The notes below the pieces were generated by a model that was not told where the DNA came from, ran no database searches, and saw nothing but the letters and a program-made list of their open reading frames with translations. A DNA stretch of 63,802 bases, filler included, from Collodictyon triciliatum (taxonomy: Eukaryota): assembly GCA_043381765.1 (NCBI GenBank). It is 45 parts of 45 records of this genome, joined end to end, with 100 filler letters (N's around TTAATTAATTAA, not from the genome) between each part and the next. Parts side by side here need not be neighbours in the genome. Positions count along the whole stretch, not along the records: positions 37,006 to 38,323 come from JBHJMP010011441.1; positions 38,424 to 39,741 come from JBHJMP010011442.1; positions 39,842 to 41,159 come from JBHJMP010011443.1; positions 41,260 to 42,577 come from JBHJMP010011444.1; positions 42,678 to 43,998 come from JBHJMP010011445.1; positions 44,099 to 45,417 come from JBHJMP010011446.1; positions 45,518 to 46,833 come from JBHJMP010011447.1; positions 46,934 to 48,249 come from JBHJMP010011448.1; 37 more parts are not named here. The stretch is one strand, 5' to 3'. Below are positions 37,006 through 48,249 of the stretch, piece after piece (the stretch's first letter is position 1; each line of letters opens with the position of its first letter). The translations under genes were made by a program, and so were the position numbers.

Positions 37006-38323
37006 ACTCGCTATGCATGCACACAGGTCTATCAAAGAGCGACGCTGGCATTGTCCATGAGACTAACTGACAACTCCGTTCATGACATCACGTCAAAACC
37101 ACTGGCTGTATTTTCTGTACCCACAAGCCAGCAAAATATTTTGGCAATCAAAGACAAAACTATTCTTGAACCGACTGGTACATACTTTGGAACTGCTACA
37201 ATCACAGCCTCTTACGGCGATGCATCAGCTACAATAGACATCGTGGTCGCGGACGAAACTGTAAGCGCAACATCGCTAGCAACCGTATTTCCGTCAATAT
37301 ACACCGGTATCATTGGAACATCAACACAAAGCATCAAAGCGACTGCCGTGTTCCAAGATGGCACAAAACATCCAATCGCCCACACCATCACTGGGCTACT
37401 ATCTTACACCAGCGATGACCCGAGCTCAATAGCAATCGACACAGCAGGAACAGCCACTATACATGCGAATTCGAGAAGTCTTGTAAAGCTTACATCGTCA
37501 ACATGCTTTGGAGTCGTAGGAACGTCAAGCACCTATGCAAATCTGAGCCCGGATGTTGGTGATGTCGATATTGGAAGTACAAGCGGCCTTGCATTGAGTA
37601 ACATCGCAGTTGGGTCCAGCCTGACAGTTCCTGTTCGCGTCAACACGGGAACAAAGGCACTTGGAAGTCTCGATACTAGTCTTGTCTATGACGCAGACAT
37701 ATTCGATGTTACTTCATACAGCACTGGAAGTAGCTGGCCAGGAGGACAGTTAGAGATTACGCTAAACGACCCACCAGGGGTCATTCGCATTGTGGGAGCG
37801 ACAAGTGCAACCAGCAACTCAAAGGGCATGTTGGAGGTTATCAAGCTAGTCATCAGAAGTAAACAGAACGGAATATCACAGTTATCTGGCTTCATCACAA
37901 AGATGCTAGCTAACGATGCAACGTCTTCACCAATCGGAAGCACACTTGGACAAGGAGAGACAAAAGCAATAGTAGCTGGTAACGCCCCAGTAAAGAGCGG
38001 AACGGGCATCAAGTCTAGAGCTTCTTGGAGTAACGGAATGAATTTGGATGCGAGACATCAAAACATAACAGCAATACAACATGCTGGCAGAAAATCACAG
38101 ACATGTGACCCAGCTAGTATTCTCGGAAATACAGACGGAGACTGCGAATTCTCAGTCGGCGATGTCCAGTTTATATTGAGGCATCTAACTGGCATAGTCA
38201 CCACATCATTACAGCCCTACCAACTTCAATACTTGGATGCAGACAGAAATGGAAAGATTCAAGTACAAGATGCGATATACTTGATTCGAGTGCTGGCGAA
38301 CAAATGGCGATTCTTCAATGTCC
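37006..38323 (+). CDS. Internal part of a large extracellular protein: Ig-like (Big_2-type) domains, cohesin, type-I-like dockerin
   Basis: Cohesin-like VGSSLTVPVRVN..LGSLDTSLVYDADIFDV...GVIRIVG..GMLEVIKLVI (about 37600-37995). Dockerin-like GNTDGDCEFSVGDVQFILRHL...LDADRNGKIQVQDAIYLIRVL (about 38122-38313). Confidence 0.8.
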
Positions 38324-39024
38324 NNNNNNNNNNNNNNNNNNNNNNNNNNNNNNNNNNNNNNNNNNNNTTAATTAATTAANNNNNNNNNNNNNNNNNNNNN
38401 NNNNNNNNNNNNNNNNNNNNNNNATGTTTTCATGTTGCATTATTCAGTTTGCTTGGTCTTATGTTGATCGGTGGTTTTTTTTTTTGTGTTTTGTTAAAAA
38501 TAATGAGCGTCCAAGAAAAAGGGATTCAATAGATCAGTTGTGTTGTGCCGGTCTTTGGCTTTTGTTCTTGGCTGTCTGTGTGCTTTCGATGGTGGAGAAG
38601 TGCTTGTGAGTTGATCTTCTATATACACGGGTTTCTTTTTTTTTTTTTTTTTTTGTTTTTTTTTTTTTTTTTTTTTTTTTTGTTTACATCGAAAATGAGT
38701 CGGATTTTGGTAGAAAAAAAAAAGACATAGGTAAATTTAGTTTTCTTATTACAAATTTTAGTCGAGCAGAGAAATCCAAAGCAAAAATCATGAAAGTGAT
38801 GGACGGAGCGAAGGGGAAAAAATGGGGCTAGTGTCTTGGTTAACTGAATAAGCGGTTTAGTGACTATCTTGAAAGTAAATATAGCTAGGAATATGAAAAT
38901 GATTGCACATATTGCAAACCAATCCATCTCTTCCATAATATTATCAACTATTCATCGATTGGTCGATTTTTTTTTAGTAACGGCCTTTGAACAGAGGGAA
39001 ATATTGCAACTGCACATAATAAAA

Positions 39025-39741
39025 TGCGTACCTATGGAAGGTATATTAATCCTGTCGCATCAACATTCACATTATCATCAACATTATCATTCACATAGCA
39101 AAAAACAAAAGCACCAGAACATCGCATTGTATTAGTTGAAGAGAAAAGCACATTGTGCGCATCAAATGGTTAACATATCGACCTTATCCATTTAGATATC
39201 TGATGGAAACGGATGCAGTCCGTGATCTAAAAAACCAGTAAATCAAAGCACTTTGATAAATTTCACTGCTGATTGTTTCTCTTGAAAGCACTGCAGGCGC
39301 ATCTCGCTATTGGAATCCAAAGTCTAGTTTACTAGCTTGTTAGCTTCTTCCTTCTTTTCTTTCTTTTCTTCAATAGTTTATTGATCAAACACATCGCCAA
39401 AGATGAATACCGTTTTATTTGAATCTTTTTTTTATGAAAAGGCTGATATTTGATGCGGGGTTAAGTGACACGCACCAACTTTCGAGTATCTTTACTTACT
39501 CATTATAATGGCTTACGAAACCAAACACAAAGCAAAGGTTTATGCTATAATGCTACTTTTTTACTTTTCAAAAGGAATATATGATATTATTGGATATTCT
39601 GTAAAAATAATAACTTATTAGACCACTGCTAGAAATCTCTTTTTTGTAAGTTACTGATCTCAAACTGTCGTTGAGGTCAATGTGGCGCATTGATTTTTCC
39701 TTTTATATTTTGTTAAAAGAAAGTGTTTAATTATGATTCTA
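39025..39741 (+). repeat. Dispersed ~700-bp repeat, copy 1
   Basis: Collinear with 51438-52126, e.g. AGTTGAAGAGAAAAGCACAT, TAGTTTATTGATCAAACACATCGCCAAAGATGAATACCGTTT, TTGATGCGGGGTTAAGTGAC. Confidence 0.9.
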
Positions 39742-40130
39742 NNNNNNNNNNNNNNNNNNNNNNNNNNNNNNNNNNNNNNNNNNNNTTAATTAATTAANNN
39801 NNNNNNNNNNNNNNNNNNNNNNNNNNNNNNNNNNNNNNNNNGTGATGTGATGTGATGTGATGTGATGTTGATTGATATGATATTGATGTTGATGTGATGT
39901 GATATCATGTGTGATGTGATATCATGTGTGGTGTGATGTGATGTGGTGTGGTGTGATGTAATATGATGCGATGTTGATGTTGATTGATGTTGATTGATGT
40001 GTAAACTAAATCATAATGAATCGGTATACAAGGAAAAAAATCTCACTTTATTTGATCATTCCATTTTAAATTCTCACTCATCTATTCGACGGAGCATTTA
40101 TTCGTACGCGACATTTGATTGTGCTGTGCA

Positions 40131-41115
40131 GGTTACTTGAGGAATTCTGCTCGGTAGCATTGAGTGGCTCCGATGAAGCAACTATCGACAAAGCCTTGTG
40201 TGAGTGGATGTCGGCCTGCAGATGGCCCGCCAGTGGAGAGAAGTGGCTGATGACATGGATGGAATTCTCTGACGTGCAGAAGCAGCAGGTTGTCAGCAAA
40301 AGGTCACTACAGTCGATGTGGATGCGACCAAAGAAAGATCCATTTCGTAGAGCGAGAAAATCAAAGTTGTATCTTCATGGATTAGACATCCACTTGAATG
40401 AATCTTGCCCCCCAATCACTGCTGGTCAGCTTCCGCCAAGCATTCCCGATATCGGTGAATCGAGATTGCAAATGTCTAGAATGACTAGCTTCCCCCTAGC
40501 AAATGAAACACAATTTGGCGATGCGAAGGATAATTTGCTTCTTTTGCGCGATGTAGTGTAAACTCTACAGAACGCATTATACATACACATACATATAGCT
40601 GCAAGTTCTCTATTTGATCACTTCTGCACTTCTTTTAAGGTTTCATTATTGTTATCGAGACATACGTATTCCTCATCCCTATGTTTCTCTTTAGATTGGT
40701 ATCCGATGTCATTTTGTGAATAACGAAGATGTGGACGTGAGACTTCTACGCGTGTCGAATCAGATTCCATTGGTTTCTTTGCAGGTGAATGCAAACCCAT
40801 GAAACAAAATCTACGTGGCAAAGCTCTTGATTTCGAAATCTACCATCTTCTTGTCTATTTTTCTTTAAGCTACTCAGCTCTATCACACAGAGTCAAATCG
40901 TTTCCATTTTGATATTCTCTCCATTCTTTATCAGGATATGATAAAGAAGAGATACAAATTCCCTTCCAACCAGTTCCAAATCGAGGTCAAAACATTGGAT
41001 GGAAAAACTGAGTTTATCGAATCAGACGACCAACTGTCCTCGGCAATAAACAAAACCCTGACGCACAACCAAATCATGCACGTTAATATTTATCGGCCTC
41101 AACAGCACCTCTCAG
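40131..41115 (+). CDS. PB1-domain protein, spliced fragment
   Basis: IGIRCHFVNNEDVDVRLLRV...LQ|DMIKKRYKF...KTLDGKTEFIESDDQLSSAI (OPCA-like motif). Confidence 0.6.
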
Positions 41116-41307
41116 GTAAAAAAGAAAAAAACAAAAAACAAAAACAAAAAAAAACAAAANNNNNNNNNNNNNNNNNNNNNNNNNNNNNNNNNNNNNNNNN
41201 NNNTTAATTAATTAANNNNNNNNNNNNNNNNNNNNNNNNNNNNNNNNNNNNNNNNNNNNTTTTTTTTTTTTTTTTTTGCGTCATAACTTTACTTTCATAT
41301 CCCACAG

Positions 41308-42452
41308 AAAAACCACGATAGGATGGGGGAGTCTGACGAATTTTATCCCTTCGAAAAGCAATATATGTTCACGGCGCCCGTACCCGAATTCAAAGAAACT
41401 ACAGAGGTTCTTGACAAAGCAAAAGCACCACCTTCCATCATAGTAGCCAATATAGGTTTAAAACCAGAGGAAGAAAAAATTGAATTTGATCAAGAATGGA
41501 CCAAGTCAAAATCGAAGCAACTTTATCTGGCCCGCAGCAATAAAAGCGCCGTTGAAAATCGAAGCGACTTTGATCCTGAAAGACCAAGATCTTACCATGA
41601 TGACGAAAATAGATCCGATATATCTGCATCTTATCCTCATTCTAGTGAATCTCTAAATAGGAAGGAACATAAAGCAAAAGAATCACGCCCTAAGGTACAT
41701 CCTGTGATCAAATCAGCTTCCAAAAAGAAGGATAGCGCAGATGTTCATGTATTCACCCCCAGGGATTACCAATTTATGAACGAAAAGGACGACGAGTACT
41801 CAATATTCAATTTGATCAATCGAGCAAAAAGAATTCATCCAGAAAATAGCTTTGAAAGTCATGACAATCCCATAATAATACAATTCAATCATAAGTCCCC
41901 AGCGAAAAAGGCATCGAAGGATTCTGAATCTAGTGCAAGAAATAAGTACACTGAGGTACCTCCGCCTGAAAAAGAGCTCTCATCCAATCGTTTGACATCT
42001 AAATCATTCCAAAGTGTAGATGAATCATATTTTGATCCTGGTCGCTACTTACTCGAATATGAACCGAAAGGCATTGATGAAAATGAAATAGAATCGGAGC
42101 ATCACCCAAAAGAAACTGAAAATCTTGGTCGTCGTGGAATATCTGAAAGTCTAGGATTGATAAAAGAAGACTGCATGTTCTTTCCTTTACCACCAGAGGA
42201 AAAAATCGAGAGTGAATTAAATCAGACGAATATAGAAGTCGACTTTTCGCCTGTGGCAGGCGATATAAAAGAAGCAAATATTATAATATCAAGCCCGGTT
42301 GATTCCGTCCCTACTTATTACGAAAGGCAGGCAGTTGGACCCAGTGCTACATCTAATGCAGCGATATGCCATTTAACAAACACGTACTTAGAAACTTTAG
42401 GAAGCAAAAATCACAGTTCTTATATCGTAAGGAAACTTTATTTTTCTACTGG
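41308..42452 (+). CDS. Long exon of a hydrophilic S/E/K-rich hypothetical protein
   Basis: About 380 open codons after a poly-T/cacAG acceptor; no recognisable domain. Confidence 0.6.
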
Positions 42453-43009
42453 TGTATACCAGTCATCATATCTTTTTCTTTTTCTTTCTTTTTGTTTTTG
42501 TTTTTTTGTTTTTTTTTGTTTTTTTTGTTTTTTTTGTTTTTTTTGTTTTTTTTGTTTTTTTTGTTTTTTTTGTTTTTNNNNNNNNNNNNNNNNNNNNNNN
42601 NNNNNNNNNNNNNNNNNNNNNTTAATTAATTAANNNNNNNNNNNNNNNNNNNNNNNNNNNNNNNNNNNNNNNNNNNNACATACATACATACATACATACA
42701 TACATACATACATACATACATACATACATACATACATACATACATACATACATACATACATACATACATACATACATACATACATACACGAATCCACATC
42801 CTGTTTTATTATCTGTATTATGAACGCTATTTTTTGGGAATGCATGGATTAGACAAGCAAAAATTTGAGAAAATCGATGTCTATATTGTGTATACAAAAA
42901 GGATACTGAGTTTACAAATTAATTCATTGTTTATTATCATATGTTGATGTAATCTCTTAAGAAACGTACATTTCCTCATTCAAACGTGGATTTTTTTGCT
43001 ATTATCACA

Positions 43010-43998
43010 GATGAAATATCCGATCGTGGTTAATGCTTATTTACTGGGTAATATATTTTAAAGATCTTAGCATTTAATAATAATATTCGCAAAATTATGA
43101 TTTCGTTAATTACTTATTAACAATTCTAGGAATTATTTTTTTTGGCCAATTAATCTATGCCGAGGGACAAAACGACGTTATTCGCGCTATAATTAATCGC
43201 AACTATAGAGTTGTCAATGCTTCTAGTCCCCTTGTAGATTCTAAATTTGTTCCGGGAAGTGAGGATAAGACAATTAAACTATGGGGAGTTTGCAATCCAG
43301 GGTTCTACTTAGGAATATTTTGGTGCATTTCATGCCCAGCTGGTACATACAATCCGACAGTCGGCTCAACAAGCTCCAGTGCTTGTCTTTCATGTGCCGC
43401 TGGAACATACAATCAATTAACTGGACGAGCGAGTTGCTTTTCATGTGCAGCTGGTACGTACAATCCGACCGTCGGCTCAACAAGCTCCAGTGCTTGTCTT
43501 TCATGTGCCGCTGGAACATACAATCAATTAACTGGACAAGCAAGTTGCTTTTCATGTGCAGCTGGTACATACAACCCATCCATCGGCTCAACAAGCTCCA
43601 GTGCGTGCATTTCATGCGCAGCTGGTACATACAATCCATCAATCGGCTCTACGAGCTCTAGTGCGTGTATTTCATGTGCAACTGGAACGTACAATCAATT
43701 AACTGGACGAGCGAGTTGCTCATTATGTGCAGCTGGAACATACAATCCATCCATCGGCTCAACAAGCTCCAGTGCGTGTATTTCATGTGCAGCTGGAACA
43801 TACAACCCATCCATCGGCTCTACGAGCTCCAGTGCGTGTATTTCATGTGCAGCTGGAACATACAATCCATCAATCGGCTCTACGAGCTCCAGTGCGTGTA
43901 TTTCATGCGCAGCTGGAACATACAATCCATCCATCGGCTCTACGAGCTCCAGTGCGTGTATTTCATGTGCAGCTGGAACATACAATCCATCCATCCAT
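43010..43998 (+). CDS. Secreted Cys-rich GCC2/GCC3 (ephrin-receptor-like) repeat protein
   Basis: MKYPIVVNAYLLG|IIFFGQLIYAEG signal peptide, then CPAGTYNPTVGSTSSSACLSCAAGTYNQLTGRASC repeats (60/51-bp units). The true frame is absent from the ORF track. Confidence 0.85.
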
Positions 43999-44255
43999 NN
44001 NNNNNNNNNNNNNNNNNNNNNNNNNNNNNNNNNNNNNNNNNNTTAATTAATTAANNNNNNNNNNNNNNNNNNNNNNNNNNNNNNNNNNNNNNNNNNNNTG
44101 TATGTATGTATGTATGTATGTATGTATGTATGTATGTATGTATGTATGTATGTATGTATGTATGTATGTATGTATGTATGTATGTATGTATGTATGTATG
44201 TATGTATGTATGTACGTTCGTAAAATAATTGCACTAACATTCCATAATATGACAG

Positions 44256-44353
44256 AATTGTATTGTCCGTTGACAAAGAAGCTCATGACAGACCCTGTGC
44301 TCGCCGCTGATGGGTTCACATATGAAAGGAGTGCGATTGAAAAGTGGCTTGAG
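44256..44353 (+). CDS. U-box domain exon
   Basis: ELYCPLTKKLMTDPVLAADGFTYERSAIEKWLE between AG and GT splice sites. Confidence 0.85.
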
Positions 44354-44939
44354 GTATGATTTATGGTTAACATATCTGAGACACAAATCCAAGATGAAAA
44401 TATAAATGAAATAGAAAATAGAAAAAATAACTATATGATAGAGATAGAGGCAAAAGATAAAGGAGAGATAGACCAGTTCGTTGGTTACCATCTGCTTTCT
44501 TATATGCCCGCAATACCCAACCTCTGGCGATAAAATAGGACCGGCAAATCTCTCCCGTGACTCAGCAACCCGTGTATTCAACCTCCGTCTTTCCAAACCC
44601 ACAAGTGCGAGAGCGAATCCGACTTCACCTCGCAGAAGGCCGCGCAGAAGAAAGAGCCGCAAACAAATAAACGGCTCTGCTTGGACTCGCTGCGCTTGTG
44701 GCTTTGTTTTTGCTCTTTTTGATAAAACCGACCTGAAGTTTTTGACCCTGGAGACTCTGCGGACACAAAACCATGATTAACTGTCGCAAAATACATATAT
44801 TCCACATTAAGATGATCGATACACCAGTTTATATATGCGCGGTTTTGATTTGCATCGATTCTGTTGCTCAGTCCCAGCGCCCGTGAGTGTGGGATCTTAT
44901 GAGACCGCCGGATAAGCAAAGTAAAAAAGAGAAAAAAAG

Positions 44940-45056
<117 letters not shown>

Positions 45057-45517
45057 CAAAACAAAACAAAAAGCAGGTAATTGTATGAAAACAGGATGAG
45101 ATAAAAGAAAAAAATGTCTCTCCACTCCAGGCGAAGTGCCTACACGATTGATCTTGCTTCAAATAATTGTTCAGCCTTTGTCCAGCGACACTATTCTATT
45201 ATAATTATTATTACTATTATTATTTCGACTATCGACTCGCAGTGGAAGTGAATCCCCGCGTTCAGTGAATGATGTCACACACGCTTTGCCCCGCTAATCG
45301 CCTGACGGAGGCTTTTTTTTTCTTTTTAGTTTTTCATATAGATTTAGTTCCGTTTGTTATTGAGTGCCTGGTGGAACAAACAAAAAAACAAAAAACAAAA
45401 AACAAAAAAACCAAAAANNNNNNNNNNNNNNNNNNNNNNNNNNNNNNNNNNNNNNNNNNNNTTAATTAATTAANNNNNNNNNNNNNNNNNNNNNNNNNNN
45501 NNNNNNNNNNNNNNNNN

Positions 45518-45612
<95 letters not shown>

Positions 45613-47019
45613 CGACGACGACAAAAATGAAAATGAAAATGACAGTTGACCAACAGATGTTTAGTCTCTGTCTTTATCCCAAGATTAGGACATGTGTGTG
45701 TCCTTGAAATAAGATATAATTAATTGCAAGAGATACAAACTTCCATCGCCAGTCGGAGTTGCTCTTCTTCGTCATCTTCCATAGGAGATGAAGAATCATC
45801 TTGGGGCTAGGTCGAAACAGATATGATTGAGTAAATTGAACATACAGAGCAAGTACCATGAGAATAACATAATTATCATAACACGAGAGAAAATCATATT
45901 ATGCGGAATATTCTGCGCTTTGGGCGTCATGAGCCACCATACAAGATCTACTCGCGATGCCGCAAGGGCTGCCTGTAGAAGCTCATCTATATTTGACAAT
46001 ATTCAAAATATATGGCTACTGAAATATCGTGCTACGTATGGAATATATAATGAAATAGAAGATAATATAGAATTATGAGCTTCCCATAGGTTTATAATTT
46101 GTGCGATTGCTTGATGTAAGTCACTTTTCTTTTTGTCTTTACAAACTTTTAATAGTAACACAGCTACAACGACATCAATATTGTGACGGCTACTCGAACC
46201 ACAAACCTTCCTCCATGGAGCCTGGAGCACCCTGTGATGGTGGTGCGGACGATGGCTACGATTCAGTGAAAAGGTCACATTAGTGTGTGATTTGATGAAC
46301 AGTCCTCTTGGGATGTATATTGTAGATATGGCCATAAAGGTGAGGTTTGAGTGAATTCGACAATACCTGGGCAGAGTCGGACATTGCTGTGCTAATTTTA
46401 GGAGTATTAAAGTTTCATATTGGTGGAAACAGTAGGACACAAATCCATGGTGAGAGTTTCAAGAGTTATATATCGATCGTGATATGATTGTAGAATGCCC
46501 TACTTGCTGGCGTCACCGCTTCCACTGCCTCTTGTTGTTGATTCTGCCGCCTGTCTTGCCCTTTCCATTTCCATGGATTCGCGAATAGCCTGAGTTTGGA
46601 GTGTCGTTTGTAAAAACAAAACCAAAAATTGTCTTAAGCTTGCTAACATAATTATGAAGGTAATAAGGAATATGCGGTAGCTTGAAATAAGAAGAGTAGT
46701 AACCCATTAAGAATGATATGATATGATATGATATGATATGATATGATATGATATGATATGATATGATATGATATGATATGATATGATATGATATGATATG
46801 ATATGATATGATATGATATGATATGATATGATANNNNNNNNNNNNNNNNNNNNNNNNNNNNNNNNNNNNNNNNNNNNTTAATTAATTAANNNNNNNNNNN
46901 NNNNNNNNNNNNNNNNNNNNNNNNNNNNNNNNNAATAGCAGAGGAGAATGAAGTCTGAAGCCCTATATTGTGATTCTTTTCATATCTGGTGGCGAAATAG
47001 TAACCTATTGCTCAATCTT

Positions 47020-47365
47020 ACCTTTGGAAGCCTAAGGGCAGCATAAAAGCTCAGAGTTTCGTGCACAGTGAATGCTTCTGGGAGTTTGTGATCCTTAATC
47101 GCGTAACTTGATACCTGGGTCAAACCCGTGTTGAAAGTCAGGATGATAAGGTCAAGTATTCGTAGGCTGATAATGATTAAACTGCAAACCTTGCAAAGAG
47201 TTGCATGGTCGATAGGGGCGTTGTTAAGCTCCACGACTCCGTCAACGTTCCCGGGATGGTCAATGCTGCCAGCGAGGATGTCTAATAGAGTTGATTTTCC
47301 AGATGATGAGCTGCCCATGAGTGCACACAGTTGGCCACATCGAGCCTCTCCAGAGACATTCTATT
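47020..47365 (-). CDS. ABCG (White-like) transporter NBD exons
   Basis: NVSGEARCGQLCALMGSSSSGKSTLLDILAG...|VSSYAIKDHKLPEAFTVHETLSFYAALRLP. Confidence 0.85.
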
Positions 47366-48204
47366 GATAACGTACAGGTGAAAATGCGATAGAAGATGGT
47401 ATCATTGACAAACTTAGTTATCTACACACAAGGTTGTGATTTTTCCAAAAGGCTGGCTGAGAACAAGACCCTGTATATGACACACAGCTATACCTCGATC
47501 TTGCCATTTCGGCTTATTGAATCTTTTTCCTTATCTTTCTACTTTCGTTCTTTTTAAAGTATTTGTTTCTGATGAAAAAAAAATCAAGAGTTTGGGAATA
47601 TGTGTACTTGAATGATGCTCTTGAGTGGGCCATTCTTTCCTTCGCGCGCTTTGTAGGAAATGTTTTTCCACACAAGGTCGATTTCAGACGTGCGTTTGAA
47701 TCCCGCGCTGCCGCTTGGTTGTTCAGAGCCAGCTGTTCCATAGCTGCGGCGATTAATGAGTGGGGTGGAACCCTTCTTGAGGTCTTCCTGCCCATCAAGG
47801 CCTTTTGGCGGTAATTGTGAGGTGCGGAGTGTAAATAAAAAGCACTTTATTTCAAATGAACTTTGGTGAGGCAGAGTGTAAGGGTTTCATCGAAACATGA
47901 CATAAGGAGGACGGTAAGTAGACTCAATAAGCAAAGGTGGGAAGAGGCTTCTTTTTTCTTTTCATTTTTGCACTGGCATTTTTTAATTTAATCATGGTAT
48001 CCAATTAAAGCGCAATTGTGTGCGTTTCATTTTTATATTATCGGGGTTGCATAAAGCTTTTATGCTCTTGTTTAATTATTCTCCTCCCTTTTTTGTTTTG
48101 TTTTTTTGTTTTTCGTTTTTTGGTTTTTTGGTTGTTGTTTTTTGTTTTTGTTTTTGTTTTTTGTTTTTTGTTTTTTGTTTTTTGTTTTTTGTTTTTTTTT
48201 TTTT

Positions 48205-48249
<45 letters not shown>

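Noticed and set aside
36084-38323. Apparent LRR plus cohesin-dockerin gene cluster
   Set aside because: The genes are on different contigs separated by an artificial spacer.
39455-39464. GGGGTTAA as a piggyBac-like terminus in the dispersed repeat
   Set aside because: Homology between the two copies continues on both sides, so it is not an element end.
43274-44054. Listed Cys/Trp/Met-rich repeat ORFs; 60-bp repeats resembling a CRISPR array
   Set aside because: Wrong frames of the GCC2/GCC3 coding repeat; there are no unique spacers.
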